A stretch of DNA of 64,000 bases from Escherichia coli (GTDB taxonomy: Bacteria; Pseudomonadota; Gammaproteobacteria; Enterobacterales; Enterobacteriaceae), in the NCBI RefSeq assembly GCF_044647545.1, contig NZ_CP172818.1, one strand, 5' to 3'. Positions within the stretch are counted from its first letter, which is position 1. Each line of letters opens with the position of its first letter. Both the position numbers and the translations under genes were made by a program. Below the pieces are notes generated by a model. That model worked only from the letters and a program-made list of their open reading frames with translations, was not told the origin of the DNA and searched no databases. Positions 1-13,291 of the stretch are shown in pieces.

Positions 1-805
<805 letters not shown>

Positions 806-2239
806 CTATTTCAAGCGATAGTAAAGCTCACGGTACGACTTCGCCGCGACCTGCCAGCTAAAATCCATTGCCATAGCCTGACGTTGCACAAACCGCCACA
901 GTGAAGGACGGGACCACAGTACAAAAGCACGTCGAATAGCCCGTAATAGCGACCAGGCATTACTATCTTCAAAGACAAACCCACTGGCGACGCCATCTGC
1001 AAGGTTCTCAAGAGAACAGTCAGAAACCGTATCAGCAAGCCCACCGGTGCGCCGCACTAACGGCAGCGTACCGTACTTCAATCCATAAAGTTGCGTTAAG
1101 CCGCACGGTTCAAAACGGCTGGGCACCAGAATGACGTCCGCGCCGCCCATAATGCGATGCGAAAATGCTTCGTGATAGCCAATCTGAACGCCCACCTGGC
1201 CGGGGTATTCCGCTGCCGCCGCAAGGAAACCTTCCTGCAGCACCGGATCGCCCGCGCCGAGTAGCGCCAGTTGCCCGCCCTGCTCCAGAAGACCCGGTAA
1301 GGCCTCCAGCACCAGGTCGAGACCTTTCTGGCTGGTCAGACGGCTCACCACTGCAAAAAGCGGCACTTTATCGTCAACCTTAAGCCCCATTGCGATTTGT
1401 AACTGGCGCTTATTTTCCGCTTTATCTTCCAACGTATCGCGGGTGTAACGCGAGGCCAACAGTAAGTCCGTCTCTGGACTCCAGATTTTCTCGTCCACGC
1501 CGTTCAGTACGCCGGAAAGACGCCCTTCACGGTGACGCTGTTGCAACAGACCTTCCATACCGTAGGCAAACTGCGGTTCGGTGATCTCGCGAGCGTAGGT
1601 TGGACTGACTGCCGTAATGTGATCGGCATAGTACAGACCGGCCTTCAGAAAAGAGATTTGTCCGTTGAATTCCAGCCCATGAATATTAAAGAATGACCAT
1701 GGCAATTGGATGTCATTCATGTGATGTGCATAAAACATGCCTTGATAGGCCAGGTTGTGCACAGTAAACACCGACTTCGCCGGACGCCCGCGCGCCGCCA
1801 GATACGCAGGCGCAAGGCCTGCATGCCAGTCGTGCGCATGCACCACATCAGGACGCCAGAATGGGTCAAGCCCACTGGCCATTTCTGCCCCAACCCACCC
1901 CAGCAGCGCAAAACGCAATACGTTGTCGGTATAGGCAAATAAGTTGGTATCGTGATACGGGCTTCCCGGACGATCATAGAGATGCGGCGCGTCAATCAGG
2001 TATATGCCAACCCCGTTGTAATGACCGAACAACAGCGTGATATGTCCGGCGAAGGTATCACGACGGGATACTACCTGCGCATCGGTCACGCCACGGCGAA
2101 TATCGGGAAATGCAGGCAACAGTACGCGAGCGTCAACGCCGTCTGCGATTTGTGCTGCGGGTAATGCCCCAATAACATCAGCCAGACCGCCGGTTTTAAG
2201 CAGCGGGAACATCTCTGAACATACATGTAAAACCTGCAT
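806..2239 (-). CDS. glgA: Glycogen synthase GlgA
   Basis: ORF track 477 aa; N-terminus [22 protein letters not shown] with KTGGL motif; length matches GlgA. Confidence 0.95.
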
Positions 2240-3534
2240 TATCGCTCCTGTTTATGCCCTAACTTCCGTAGCATTTCGCGCGTTACCAGCACGATGCCTT
2301 CTTCTGAACGATAGAAACGACGTGCATCTTCCTCTGCGTTTTCACCAATCACCATGCCTTCCGGAATAACACAAGCACGATCGATGACGCAGCGGCGCAG
2401 ACGGCACGAGCGACCTACCCATACTTCCGGTAACAATACGGCGGAATCAATGTTGCAGAATGAATTCACGCGAACGCGCGAGAACAGAACGGACTGCACC
2501 ACCACCGAACCGGAGATCACACAACCGCCGGAAACCAGTGAGTTAAGGGTCATCCCGTGGCTACCGGAGCGATCCTGCACGAATTTCGCTGGCGGTAATG
2601 ATTCATTGTAGGTGCGAATTGGCCAATTGCGATCGTACATATCCAGTTCCGGCACCACAGAGGCCAGATCGAGGTTCGCTTTCCAGTAAGCTTCCAGCGT
2701 ACCCACATCGCGCCAGTACGGCTCGGCATCCGGGTCGGATTGTACGCAAGAGAGCGGGAACGGATGCGCATAGGCCAGACCGGCTTCGGTGATCTTGGGA
2801 ATCAAATCTTTGCCAAAGTCGTGGCTGGAGTTCTCATCGCGATCGTCTTCTTCCAGCAGTTCATACAGATAGTCGGCGTCAAAGACGTAGATACCCATAC
2901 TCGCCAGAGATTTGCTCGGATCGTTCGGCATTGACGGTGGGTTAGCAGGTTTTTCAACGAATTCGATAATTTTATCGTTCTCATCAACCGCCATAACGCC
3001 AAATGCGGAGGCTTCTTCAATCGGTACTGGCATACAAGCAACGGTGCAACGTGCGCCTTTTTCGACGTGGTCGATAAGCATACGCGAGTAGTCTTGCTTG
3101 TAGATATGGTCGCCCGCCAGGATCACCACGTATTCCGCTTTATAACGGCGGATAATGTCGAGGTTTTGGGTAACTGCATCTGCGGTGCCGCGATACCAGT
3201 TTTCCCCTTTCATTCTCTGCTGTGCTGGCAGCAGATCGACAAACTCGTTCATTTCTTCATTGAAGAATGACCAGCCGCGCTGAATGTGCTGCACCAGAGT
3301 GTGGGACTGGTACTGGGTGATCACGCCCATACGACGGATCCCGGAGTTGATGCAGTTAGACAGCGCAAAGTCGATAATGCGGAACTTACCGCCGAAGTGT
3401 ACGGCCGGTTTTGCTCGCTTATTGGTTAAATCCTTCAGGCGGGTACCACGTCCTCCCGCCAGTATCAGGGCAACAGATTTCAATGGCAGCTGGCGCGCCA
3501 ACATTAAGTGATCGTTCTTCTCTAAACTAACCAT
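2239..3534 (-). CDS. glgC: Glucose-1-phosphate adenylyltransferase GlgC
   Basis: ORF track 2239..3570; start placed at internal Met of [16 protein letters not shown] giving 431 aa; GGRGTRL nucleotide-binding motif. Confidence 0.93.
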
Positions 3535-3551
3535 GACTAACTCCTTTTTTA

Positions 3552-5525
3552 TCATCTCTGGAACACACACAATCCGTGTGCAGGTCCCTGCCAGACAGCC
3601 GTAATCACTGGGTTATCCTCTCCAGCGAATGGGGGAATGGCGTGCCACTCCCCAGCAGGTAAAACAATCTCTGTTACCTCAAGCGTGGCGTTAATTGCGA
3701 TCAAAAAGCGATCCGAGAGCAGAATTTGCAGCTGTTTCGGCCCGTTTTGCCACTCATCCGTGCTTAAAGGTTGAGCATATCGATTTAGCCAACGGACATT
3801 GCCGTCGCCTTCTTCCCACCAGCGATTCTCCATCAAAGCGGGAATGCGCTTGCGCAGATGGATTAACGCGGCGGTAAATGCGGTTAAACCACTGCTTGCC
3901 TGCGACCAGTCCAACCAGGTTAATTGGTTATCCTGACAGTAGGCATTGTTATTGCCATGCTGGCTGTGACCATGTTCGTCACCGGCCAGTAACATCGGCG
4001 TACCCTGGGAGAGCAACAACGTTGTTAACAGGGCGTGAATGCTGTCGCGCCGCCGTTCAACCAGATCAAGAGTACCGCCTAACCCTTCTTTACCATGATT
4101 GTTACTGTAATTGTTGTTGGTCCCGTCGCGATTTTCTTCTCCGTTTGCTTCATTGTGTTTATGGTTGAAGCAAACGCAGTCGCGAAGCGTAAAACCGTCA
4201 TGCGCGGTGACGAGATTAATCGCGGCACTCGGCAGACGACCATTACGTTTAAAAACATCGCTGGAGGCAGCAAAACGCCCGGCAAACGCCCCCAGAGGCA
4301 AATCATAATGCAGCCAGAAACGACGGGCAGCATCGCGGAAATGATCGTTCCACTCGGCAAACAGCGGCGGGAAATTTCCCACCTGATAACCACCAGGAGC
4401 AATATCCCACGGTTCAGCAATTAACTTCACCTGTGAGAGCACGGGGCAGTTCTGGATAGCGGTAAACAACGGCGCATCCTGACGGAACTCTGGCGTACGG
4501 CCCATGACTGCCGCCAGATCAAAGCGGAAACCATCGACGTGGCAGGTTTCTACCCAATAACGCAGGCAGGCGCAGGCATAATCCACCACCGCCGGATGAC
4601 TCAAATTGAGCGTATTGCCGCAACCGGTCCAGTTGTGATAATCGCCGTCTTCTCTTATCCAATAATAGCTACGGTTGTCGATCCCACGCAGAGAGAATAA
4701 CGGGCCGTCGAGGTCCAGTTCCGCGCTATGGTTGAGCACGATATCAAGAATGACTTCGATACCCGCTTTATGCAGTGCTTTGATTGCATCGCGAAACTCA
4801 TGCAGCGCCGTTTCTGGGGAGCAGGCATACGCCGGATGCAGCGCAAACATCGCCACCGGGTTGTAACCCCAGTAGTTACTTAGCCCCATGCGTTGCAGAC
4901 GTGGTTCACTGGCAAACTGCGCCACCGGCAGCAGTTCCAGCGCGGTAATGCCCAACTGTTTCAAATAGTTGATCATCACCGGATGCCCCAGGGCTTTATA
5001 AGTGCCACGGATCTCGACCGGGATCTCCGGGTGCAGGTACGTTAATCCTTTGACATGGGCTTCATAAATGATGGTACTGCCCCACGGCGTGCGCGGCGGA
5101 GCATCATCCTCCCAGTCATAGTGATCAACCACCACTACGCATTTCGGCGCAATGGCGGCGTTGTCGCGATAGTCAGGTTCATTATGACCGGCGTGCAGCA
5201 GCGGGTTATCTTTAAACTCCCCGTCAATTTGCCGCGCGCAAGGATCAATCAACAACTTCGCCGGGTTAAAGCGATGCCCCTCGGCGGGTTGCCAGGGGCC
5301 ATGAACGCGATAACCATAACGCAAACCCGGACGCGCATCCGGCAGATAACCGTGCCAAATGTCGCCACTGTGCCCTGGCAAGTCATAGCGATGTTCCTGG
5401 CCATTGGCGTCAAAGATACACAGTTCTACCCGCTCGGCATGAGCGGAGAAAAGTGTGAAGTTGACGCCCTGACCGTCGTAATGCGCGCCGAGGGGTGCGG
5501 GTTTGCCAATGGCGAGTTGTGTCAT
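3552..5525 (-). CDS. glgX: Glycogen debranching enzyme GlgX
   Basis: ORF track 657 aa; [31 protein letters not shown]-terminus; GFRFD catalytic region of GH13. Confidence 0.95.
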
Positions 5526-7708
5526 TCTGCCTCCCGAACCAGCCAGATAGTGGCCAGCGGTGGTAGTGTCAGGCTTAGTGAATGCTGACGACCGTGGCTG
5601 GCAATCTCATCGCTGTGTACCGTGCCGCCATTGCCGGCATTACTGCCGTGATAGTGCATGGAATCGGTATTGAGGATTTCACGCCATTTGCCCGGCTGGT
5701 TAATGCCGAAGCGATAATCATGACGCGGCACCGGAGTAAAGTTACTGGCAACGATGATTTCGTTACCCTCTTTATCGCGACGCACAAAGATCAGCACCGA
5801 GCGTTCTTTGTCATCCACCACCAGCCATTCAAAGCCGTACGGGTCAAAATCCAGTTCATGCATTGCTTTATGGTGGCGGTAGGTGAGGTTCAGATCGCGC
5901 ACCAGACGCTGGACACCGTGGTGCCAGTTATCGCCGCCTTCCAACAGATGCCAGTCGAGGCTGGCGTCATGGTTCCACTCGCGGCCCTGGGCAAATTCGT
6001 TCCCCATGAACAGCAATTTCTTGCCCGGGAATGCCCACATCCAGCCGTAGTAGGCGCGCAGGTTAGCGAATTTCTGCCATGCGTCGCCCGGCATCCGATC
6101 GAGAATCGATTTTTTACCGTGGACCACTTCATCATGCGACAACGGCAGGACGAAGTTTTCAGTGTAGTTGTAGAGCATCCCGAAGGTCAGTTTATCGTGA
6201 TGATACTGACGATAAACCGGGTCGAGCTTCATGTAGTCCAGGGTGTCATGCATCCAGCCGAGGTTCCACTTGTACCAGAAGCCCAGACCGCCCATGTCCT
6301 GCGGACGAGAAACGCCAGGGAAATCGGTAGACTCCTCCGCCATTGTCACCGCACCGGAAACCTGCTCACCAAGAATACGGTTGGTATTACGCAAGAATTC
6401 AATCGCTTCAAGATTCTCGCGCCCGCCAAATTCGTTCGGGATCCACTCCCCCTCTTTACGGCTGTAGTCGCGGTAAATCATTGACGCCACCGCATCGACG
6501 CGCAGCGCATCAATACCAAAACGTTCGATCCAGTAAAGCGCGTTACCGACAAGGAAGTTACTGACTTCACGGCGACCATAGTTGTAGATCAGCGTATTCC
6601 AGTCCTGATGATAGCCTTCGCGCGGATCGCTGTGTTCATACAAGTTCGTGCCATCAAATTCGGCAAGCGCAAAGTCATCGGTCGGGAAGTGGCCTGGCAC
6701 CCAGTCGAGAATCACGTTCAGACCAGCTGCGTGTGCGGCATCAATGAAATAACGGAAGTCGTCGCGAGTACCAAAACGGCGGGTCGGTGCATACAGGCCG
6801 GTTGGCTGATAACCCCAACTGCCATCGAAGGGATGCTCGTTAATGGGCAGTAGCTCGAGATGGGTAAAGCCCATCCATTTAGCATAAGGCACCAGTTGAT
6901 CGGCCAGCTCGCGGTAGCTCAACCAGAAATTGTTGTCGGTGTGGCGACGCCAGGAGCCCAGGTGAACTTCATAAATAGAGATTGGCGCATCAAACTGATT
7001 CGCTTTTTTGCGCTCTTCAGTCTGTACAACCTTTTCCGGCAGCCCGCAAATAAGAGACGCGGTTTCCGGGCGCATTTGCGCTTCGAAGGCATAAGGGTCG
7101 GACTTCAGACGCAAGTTGCCATTGGCATCAATCATCTCGTATTTATAGAGCTGACCGTTATGCGCCCCAGGGATAAACAGTTCCCAGATGCCGCTCTCTT
7201 TACGCAGGCGCATCGGATGACGGCGACCGTCCCAGTAGTTGAATTGCCCAACCACCGAGACCCGACGGGCGTTTGGAGCCCAGACAGAAAAACGCGTACC
7301 TGTGACGCCATCCATAGTATCTGCATGCGCGCCTAAGGTTTCATACGGGCGCAGGTGAGTACCTTCAGATAATAGCCAGGCATCCATTTCCTGGATTAGC
7401 GGACCAAAACGGTAAGGATCATCAATCAGGTTTTGCTGACCATGCCAGACAACAGCCAACTGATAGCGGAAAAAATTCTTACGTCGCGGAATGACACCGC
7501 TAAAGAATCCCCGTGAGTCGAGACACTCCAGTTTTGCGAGTTTGCGCCCGGTTTTCGGTTCAATCACCCACACATCGGTAGCGTCGGGTAAAAGGGCACG
7601 GACTTCCAGTCCCGCGGTGGTTTTATGCATCCCCAGTACGGAAAAAGGATCCGCAAAATGGCCTGCAATTAGCGCGTTAATCACGTCTCTATCGATACGA
7701 TCGGACAT
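5522..7708 (-). CDS. glgB: 1,4-alpha-glucan branching enzyme GlgB
   Basis: ORF track 728 aa; [29 protein letters not shown]-terminus; 4-nt overlap with glgX start. Confidence 0.95.
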   Translation of the reverse strand: MSDRIDRDVINALIAGHFADPFSVLGMHKTTAGLEVRALLPDATDVWVIEPKTGRKLAKLECLDSRGFFSGVIPRRKNFFRYQLAVVWHGQQNLIDDPYRFGPLIQEMDAWLLSEGTHLRPYETLGAHADTMDGVTGTRFSVWAPNARRVSVVGQFNYWDGRRHPMRLRKESGIWELFIPGAHNGQLYKYEMIDANGNLRLKSDPYAFEAQMRPETASLICGLPEKVVQTEERKKANQFDAPISIYEVHLGSWRRHTDNNFWLSYRELADQLVPYAKWMGFTHLELLPINEHPFDGSWGYQPTGLYAPTRRFGTRDDFRYFIDAAHAAGLNVILDWVPGHFPTDDFALAEFDGTNLYEHSDPREGYHQDWNTLIYNYGRREVSNFLVGNALYWIERFGIDALRVDAVASMIYRDYSRKEGEWIPNEFGGRENLEAIEFLRNTNRILGEQVSGAVTMAEESTDFPGVSRPQDMGGLGFWYKWNLGWMHDTLDYMKLDPVYRQYHHDKLTFGMLYNYTENFVLPLSHDEVVHGKKSILDRMPGDAWQKFANLRAYYGWMWAFPGKKLLFMGNEFAQGREWNHDASLDWHLLEGGDNWHHGVQRLVRDLNLTYRHHKAMHELDFDPYGFEWLVVDDKERSVLIFVRRDKEGNEIIVASNFTPVPRHDYRFGINQPGKWREILNTDSMHYHGSNAGNGGTVHSDEIASHGRQHSLSLTLPPLATIWLVREAE

Positions 7709-7944
7709 GCTTGTCTTCCTGTTTTATTGTGTCACCCCATCCAACTGAATTTTTGACTTCTGGTTGTGACATTTTTTTGACCTGAACGGCGCAGCACTCT
7801 GTGCATCCTCTCTGCGTCGTCCTCACTTCAGGTAAGGCTGTGAATACTCGTGTATTCCGCCACCCTTAAAGAATAGCCAATGCTCTATTTAACTCCCGGT
7901 AAATCATGAAACATCTGCGCTTACTCCTGTATTACGCACTAGCA

Positions 7945-7962
7945 GGGGCGGCATCGCGCCCC
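7945..7962 (-). terminator. GC hairpin (ggggcg-N6-cgcccc) just downstream of asd stop; possible terminator
   Basis: Perfect 6-bp inverted repeat seen in sequence; no strong U tract on the asd strand, so weak. Confidence 0.3.
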
Positions 7963-7980
7963 AGATTTAATGAATAAAGA

Positions 7981-9084
7981 TTACGCCAGTTGACGAAGCA
8001 TCCGACGTAGCGGCTCCGCGGCCCCCCACAGCAGCTGGTCGCCCACGGTAAAGGCTGACAGGAACTCCGGTCCCATATTCAGCTTACGCAGACGGCCTAC
8101 CGGCGTGGTCAGCGTGCCGGTAACGGCAGCTGGGGTTAGCTCACGCATAGTGATTTCCCGATCGTTTGGAACAACTTTCGCCCACGGATTGTGCGCAGCC
8201 AGCAGTTCTTCCACGGTCGGAATAGACACATCTTTTTTCAATTTAATAGTGAATGCCTGGCTATGGCAGCGCAATGCCCCGACACGCACACATAAACCAT
8301 CTACCGGAATTACGGAAGATGTGTTGAGGATCTTGTTGGTTTCCGCCTGCCCTTTCCACTCTTCGCGGCTCTGACCGTTATCAAGCTGTTTGTCGATCCA
8401 CGGAATCAGGCTACCCGCCAGCGGCACGCCAAAGTTATCTACCGGCAGCTCACCGCTACGGGTTAAGGTTGTGACTTTGCGTTCGATATCGAGAATAGCA
8501 GAGGACGGGGTCGCGAGTTCATCTGCCACATGGCCATACAGATGGCCCATCTGGGTTAATAACTCACGCATATGTCGCGCACCACCGCCGGAAGCGGCCT
8601 GGTAGGTTGCAACGGACACCCAATCAACAAGATCATTGGCGAATAAACCACCCAACGACATCAACATCAGGCTTACGGTACAGTTACCGCCAACAAAAGT
8701 CCTGATGCCATTATTTAATCCGTCGGTAATGACGTCCTGATTGACGGGGTCAAGAATGATGATGGCGTCATCTTTCATGCGCAGAGATGATGCTGCGTCA
8801 ATCCAGTAACCTTGCCATCCGCTTTCACGAAGCTTTGGATAGATTTCGTTGGTATAATCGCCGCCCTGACAGGTCACAATGATATCGAGGGCCTTTAGCG
8901 CCTCCAGATCAAAGGCATCCTGAAGTGTGTCAGTGGTTCCGCCAAAAGACGGCGCAGCCTGACCAAGCTGAGAAGTAGAAAAGAAGACAGGGCGAATGGC
9001 GTCGAAGTCGCGCTCTTCAACCATGCGTTGCATGAGAACGGAGCCGACCATACCGCGCCAGCCGATAAAACCAACATTTTTCAT
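7981..9084 (-). CDS. asd: Aspartate-semialdehyde dehydrogenase Asd
   Basis: ORF track 7981..9144; start placed at [16 protein letters not shown] (367 aa); C-terminus RRMLRQLA. Confidence 0.93.
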
Positions 9085-9275
9085 AAGCGTTTTTTCCTGC
9101 AAAGATGTGTGCTGTATAAATGTGCCGGTCTCCTCCTGGCACATCTTTCACCATACAAAAAGCAGCCAAAGTCGCAAGTGAAATTAATCAATGATAGCGA
9201 AGCCATCAGTAATGCGACTTATCCTGCTTTGTTAGCACGCAGAAAGTCCGCGGCAATTATCAGGGAATTTGAGTT

Positions 9276-9869
9276 ATGAATGAAATCATTTCTGCAGCAG
9301 TTTTATTGATCCTGATTATGGATCCGCTCGGAAACCTACCTATTTTCATGTCCGTACTGAAACATACTGAACCGAAAAGACGGCGGGCAATCATGGTGCG
9401 AGAGTTGCTTATTGCTCTCCTGGTGATGCTGGTGTTCCTGTTTGCGGGTGAGAAAATTCTGGCATTTCTCAGCCTGCGAGCAGAAACCGTCTCCATTTCT
9501 GGCGGCATCATTCTGTTTCTGATCGCCATTAAGATGATTTTCCCCAGCGCTTCAGGAAATAGCAGCGGGCTTCCGGCAGGTGAAGAGCCGTTTATCGTGC
9601 CGTTGGCAATTCCGTTAGTCGCCGGGCCGACTATTCTCGCCACGCTGATGTTGTTGTCTCATCAGTACCCGAATCAGATGGGACATCTGGTAATTGCTCT
9701 GCTGCTGGCCTGGGGTGGCACCTTTGTCATCCTGCTACAGTCTTCGCTATTTTTACGTCTGCTGGGCGAGAAAGGGGTGAATGCACTTGAACGCCTGATG
9801 GGATTGATTCTGGTGATGATGGCAACTCAGATGTTCCTCGACGGCATTCGAATGTGGATGAAGGGGTAA
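9276..9869 (+). CDS. yhgN: MarC-family inner membrane protein YhgN
   Basis: ORF track 197 aa, hydrophobic; MNEIISAAVLLILIMDPLGNLPIF N-terminus. Confidence 0.9.
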   Translation: MNEIISAAVLLILIMDPLGNLPIFMSVLKHTEPKRRRAIMVRELLIALLVMLVFLFAGEKILAFLSLRAETVSISGGIILFLIAIKMIFPSASGNSSGLPAGEEPFIVPLAIPLVAGPTILATLMLLSHQYPNQMGHLVIALLLAWGGTFVILLQSSLFLRLLGEKGVNALERLMGLILVMMATQMFLDGIRMWMKG

Positions 9870-9880
9870 CGTTCAATCTC

Positions 9881-10001
<121 letters not shown>

Positions 10002-10062
10002 CGGATAGTTTTTACGATAAAGTACCTGGTTTGCTTCACAACTACCGGCGCGAACAAAAAAA

Positions 10063-11403
10063 TTAACTCAACAGCTGGAACGCAATCATCCCAACGATGG
10101 CACCAACAGTGCCGAGTATGGTTTCCATCATGGTCCAGGTTTTCAGCGTTTCGGCTTCGGTCGCGCCGGTAAATTTACCGAACAACCAGAAACCGGCGTC
10201 GTTAACGTGGCTGACAACAATCGAACCACCGGCGATACAAATCGACAGCGCCGCCATTTGCGCACCGGAGTAGTTCAGTTGTTCAATAACCGGCATCACC
10301 AGTCCCACCGCCGTTAAACAGGCAACGGTGGCAGAACCCTGAATGATGCGCACTGCAGCTGCCAGCACGAAGCAGGTGATGGCAATCGGCAGGCCCATGC
10401 CGGTTAACGCTTCGCCCAGTGCCGGACCTACGCCTGAGTCAACCAGCACCTGTTTGAACACGCCGCCCGCACCAATCACCAGCAGAATGATCCCCGCCGG
10501 TTGCAGCGCGTGACCGCAAATCTCCATCACTTTGTCTTTTGGCATGCCCTGACGCATTGCCAGACCGTAAATCGCCACCAGACAAGCAACCAGAATCGCG
10601 GTAAACGGATGGCCGATAAACTCGAACCATTCGTAAGCGGTAGAGCCTTCTGGCACAAAACGCGCGGCAATGGTTTTCAGCCCCACCAGCACCAGTGGCA
10701 ACAGGATCAGCGACAGGCTGAATCCGAAGGACGGCATTTTGCCTTCGCCGAGATGTGGTTCGCTGATGTCGTCAGGAATATGCAGCTCCACGTAGCGGCT
10801 GATGAAATTACCCCACAGCGGCCCGGCAATAATCATTCCCGGAATTGCCGCACACAGGCCAATCAGGATCATCCAGCCAAAGTCGGCGTTCATCTGCGAT
10901 GCCAGCAGCATTGGCGCTGGTCCAGGCACCAGGAACGCAGCCGCTGCCGCCACGCCTGCGAATAATGGGATTACCAGCTTCACCAGGTTCGTACCGGTGT
11001 GGCGCGCCATTGAGAAAGCAACGCTAATCAGCAGAACAATCGCCACTTCAAAGAACAGCGGTAGCGCACAGACCAGCCCCGCAAGACCGATGGCATAATG
11101 CGCGCGACTGTGACCGAAGGATTTGAGCATTTTGACGGCAATCTGATCGACTGCGCCGGTTTCATGTAAGATCTTGCCAAACATGGCTCCCAGGGCGACA
11201 ACCACCGCCAGAAAGCCGAGGGTGCCTCCCATCCCTTTTTCCATCGTCGCTGCGATTTTATCGAGCGGCATACCGGAAAAAAGGCCAGCCCCCATGGACA
11301 CCACCATCAAAGCCAGGAAAGCGTGCATACGCGCCTTCATGACTAAAAACAGCAGCAGTAAAACAGACCCTACTGCTGTTAAAACAAGCGTTAATGTAGT
11401 CAC
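10063..11403 (-). CDS. gntU: Low-affinity gluconate transporter GntU
   Basis: ORF track 446 aa, polytopic membrane protein; MTTLTLVLTAVGSVLLLLFLVMKARM N-terminus. Confidence 0.93.
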   Translation of the reverse strand: MTTLTLVLTAVGSVLLLLFLVMKARMHAFLALMVVSMGAGLFSGMPLDKIAATMEKGMGGTLGFLAVVVALGAMFGKILHETGAVDQIAVKMLKSFGHSRAHYAIGLAGLVCALPLFFEVAIVLLISVAFSMARHTGTNLVKLVIPLFAGVAAAAAFLVPGPAPMLLASQMNADFGWMILIGLCAAIPGMIIAGPLWGNFISRYVELHIPDDISEPHLGEGKMPSFGFSLSLILLPLVLVGLKTIAARFVPEGSTAYEWFEFIGHPFTAILVACLVAIYGLAMRQGMPKDKVMEICGHALQPAGIILLVIGAGGVFKQVLVDSGVGPALGEALTGMGLPIAITCFVLAAAVRIIQGSATVACLTAVGLVMPVIEQLNYSGAQMAALSICIAGGSIVVSHVNDAGFWLFGKFTGATEAETLKTWTMMETILGTVGAIVGMIAFQLLS

Positions 11404-11406
11404 TAC

Positions 11407-11934
11407 TTATTTGCCTTTTTTAATAACCTCAATGGTGCTTGCCACAACACCTTCCAGCGGTTGATCGATATCCACCACCAGTACATCGGTTTCGTCCGCA
11501 CCCGGCTCCTGCAGCGTTTCAAACTGCGTCACCAACATTTGGGTTTTAAAGAAATGGCCTTTGCGCGCTTTCAGGCGGCTTTCAATCACATCAAAATCGC
11601 CTTTCAGGTAGATGAAAGAGAGATTCGGATTACCCGCGCGTAGCAAGTCGCGATAGTGTTTTTTCAGTGCAGAACAGACGATCAGCGACACTTTATTGGT
11701 GCGCTGCATAGCAAACGCGGCGTCGTTCAGCGCCTGCAACCACGGTTTGCGATCGTCGTCATTCAGCGGTTCACCAGACGCCATTTTTTCGATATTGCGC
11801 CGTGGATGGAGGAAATCGCCATCAAGAAACGCGGCATGAAGTTGATGCGCCACTTCACTGGCGACCGCAGATTTGCCGCTGCCCGATACGCCCATCAAGA
11901 CGTAAATGTGGTGATCATGGTTAGTCGTGCTCAA
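11407..11934 (-). CDS. gntK: Gluconokinase GntK (thermoresistant), likely TTG start
   Basis: ORF track 11407..11955; canonical 175-aa protein begins at (L/M)STTNHDHHIYVLMGVSGSGKSAV; Walker A GVSGSGKS. Confidence 0.88.
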   Translation of the reverse strand: MSTTNHDHHIYVLMGVSGSGKSAVASEVAHQLHAAFLDGDFLHPRRNIEKMASGEPLNDDDRKPWLQALNDAAFAMQRTNKVSLIVCSALKKHYRDLLRAGNPNLSFIYLKGDFDVIESRLKARKGHFFKTQMLVTQFETLQEPGADETDVLVVDIDQPLEGVVASTIEVIKKGK

Positions 11935-11964
11935 AGTGGTGCCCCCACAATACAAGAATTAAAA

Positions 11965-11993
11965 ATGTTACGGGTAACTGTTATCGGTAACAT
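11965..11993 (-). promoter_or_regulatory. Tandem GntR operator half-sites in gntKU promoter
   Basis: Plus strand atgttacgggtaactgttatcggtaacat, reverse complement atgttaccgataacagttacccgtaacat, matching the GntR operator consensus ATGTTACC-N-GTAACAT; about 30-60 bp upstream of gntK start. Confidence 0.65.
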
Positions 11994-12072
11994 TGTCCGG
12001 CCGGACAATATCAGAAGCAATATCCATCCGTGCCTTAAGTGTATAAGTGTGAGCTACTTCAAATTTGTGGGC

Positions 12073-13068
12073 TTAAATAGATCCGCCCGGTGACAAGGTG
12101 AAACCTAAATCTAACATTTTCGGTGTCACAGATTCGCCACGAATACGCGCCAGCAGGCGTTCAGCGCCAATACTGCCCATCCGCTCACGCGGCGTCAGTA
12201 CGCTCGCCAACCGTGGTTCCATCACCTGACCAATGTCATGACCATGGAAACCGGCAATCGCCATATCGTCAGGAACTTTTAACCCCAGACGCTGACATTC
12301 AAACGCCGCGCCGACCGCCAGATCATCATTAGTACAGAACACGCCATCCAGCTGCGGATATTCCCGCCGTGCCTGGCGAATCAGTTCAATACCGGAAGAG
12401 TAAGAAGAAGATTGCTCAACCATCACGCTATACGGCACCAGGCCTGCATCCAGCATCGCCTGTTCGTATCCCTTCTGTTTGATGATAGTACGTTCGTCGA
12501 GACGTGCGCCGAGATAGGCAATGTGGCGATGCCCGCGAGCAATAATGGCAGTGGTCATCTGGCGTGCCGCTTCAAAGTTATCAAAACCGACGGCAATATC
12601 GAGGCACGGCGACTTGCTGTCCATCAACTCCACCACCGGAATCCCCGCCACTTCAATCATCTTTAAGGTGCGTGGCGTGTGAGTACGTTCGGTGAGGATC
12701 AGGCCGTCGATATTCCATGAGAGCATGGATTCGAGGCGTTCTTGCTCCATTTCCGGTTTATAACCGTAGTGCGCCAGCATGGTTTGATAACCGTGCGCGT
12801 CGGTGACGCTTTCGATTCCGCGTAATACTTCCGCGAAAACCTGGTTGGTGAGAGAAGGTAACAGGACGCCAATCGCCCGGCTGGTGGCGTTAGAGAGGAT
12901 ATCGGGCGCGCGATTGGGAATATAACCCAGTTCATCAAGAGCGGCGGCAATCTTGCCGCGTAGAGCGACGGAAACCTGCTCCGGGTTGCGTAAAAAACGG
13001 CTGACCGTCATTTTGGTCACGCCTACACGGTCAGCCACATCCTGAAGTACGGGTCTTTTCTTTTTCAT
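12073..13068 (-). CDS. gntR: Gluconate repressor GntR (LacI family)
   Basis: ORF track 331 aa; N-terminal helix-turn-helix MKKKRPVLQDVADRVGVTKMTVSRFL. Confidence 0.93.
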   Translation of the reverse strand: MKKKRPVLQDVADRVGVTKMTVSRFLRNPEQVSVALRGKIAAALDELGYIPNRAPDILSNATSRAIGVLLPSLTNQVFAEVLRGIESVTDAHGYQTMLAHYGYKPEMEQERLESMLSWNIDGLILTERTHTPRTLKMIEVAGIPVVELMDSKSPCLDIAVGFDNFEAARQMTTAIIARGHRHIAYLGARLDERTIIKQKGYEQAMLDAGLVPYSVMVEQSSSYSSGIELIRQARREYPQLDGVFCTNDDLAVGAAFECQRLGLKVPDDMAIAGFHGHDIGQVMEPRLASVLTPRERMGSIGAERLLARIRGESVTPKMLDLGFTLSPGGSI

Positions 13069-13212
13069 CGTCCTGAAGGTACAAAAGAGATAGATTCTTT
13101 TAGTTTAACACGGACGCCTCAGAACCTTCCCGGGGAAAACAGTGCTTGTTTACAATTATTAGATATACACTAAATCAATTGCATCGCATTGTGCTAACGA
13201 CACGGCAAAACC

Positions 13213-13274
13213 CCGGTCGCGTACATCAGCACGCGACCGGAGCGAGCGAGGAAGCCTGCAAAAAGGCAGGCTTC
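13213..13274 (-). terminator. Two tandem hairpins downstream of yhhW; the distal one is followed by GGUUUUGCC on the minus strand
   Basis: Inverted repeats ccggtcgcgt/acgcgaccgg (13213-13240) and gaagcctgc/gcaggcttc (13251-13274). Confidence 0.45.
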
Positions 13275-13291
13275 AAAGATGCCGTTGAGTT

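Noticed and set aside
5582-6484. 300-aa plus-strand ORF antisense to glgB
   Set aside because: Shadow ORF inside a well-supported gene on the opposite strand; glgB accounts for the interval.
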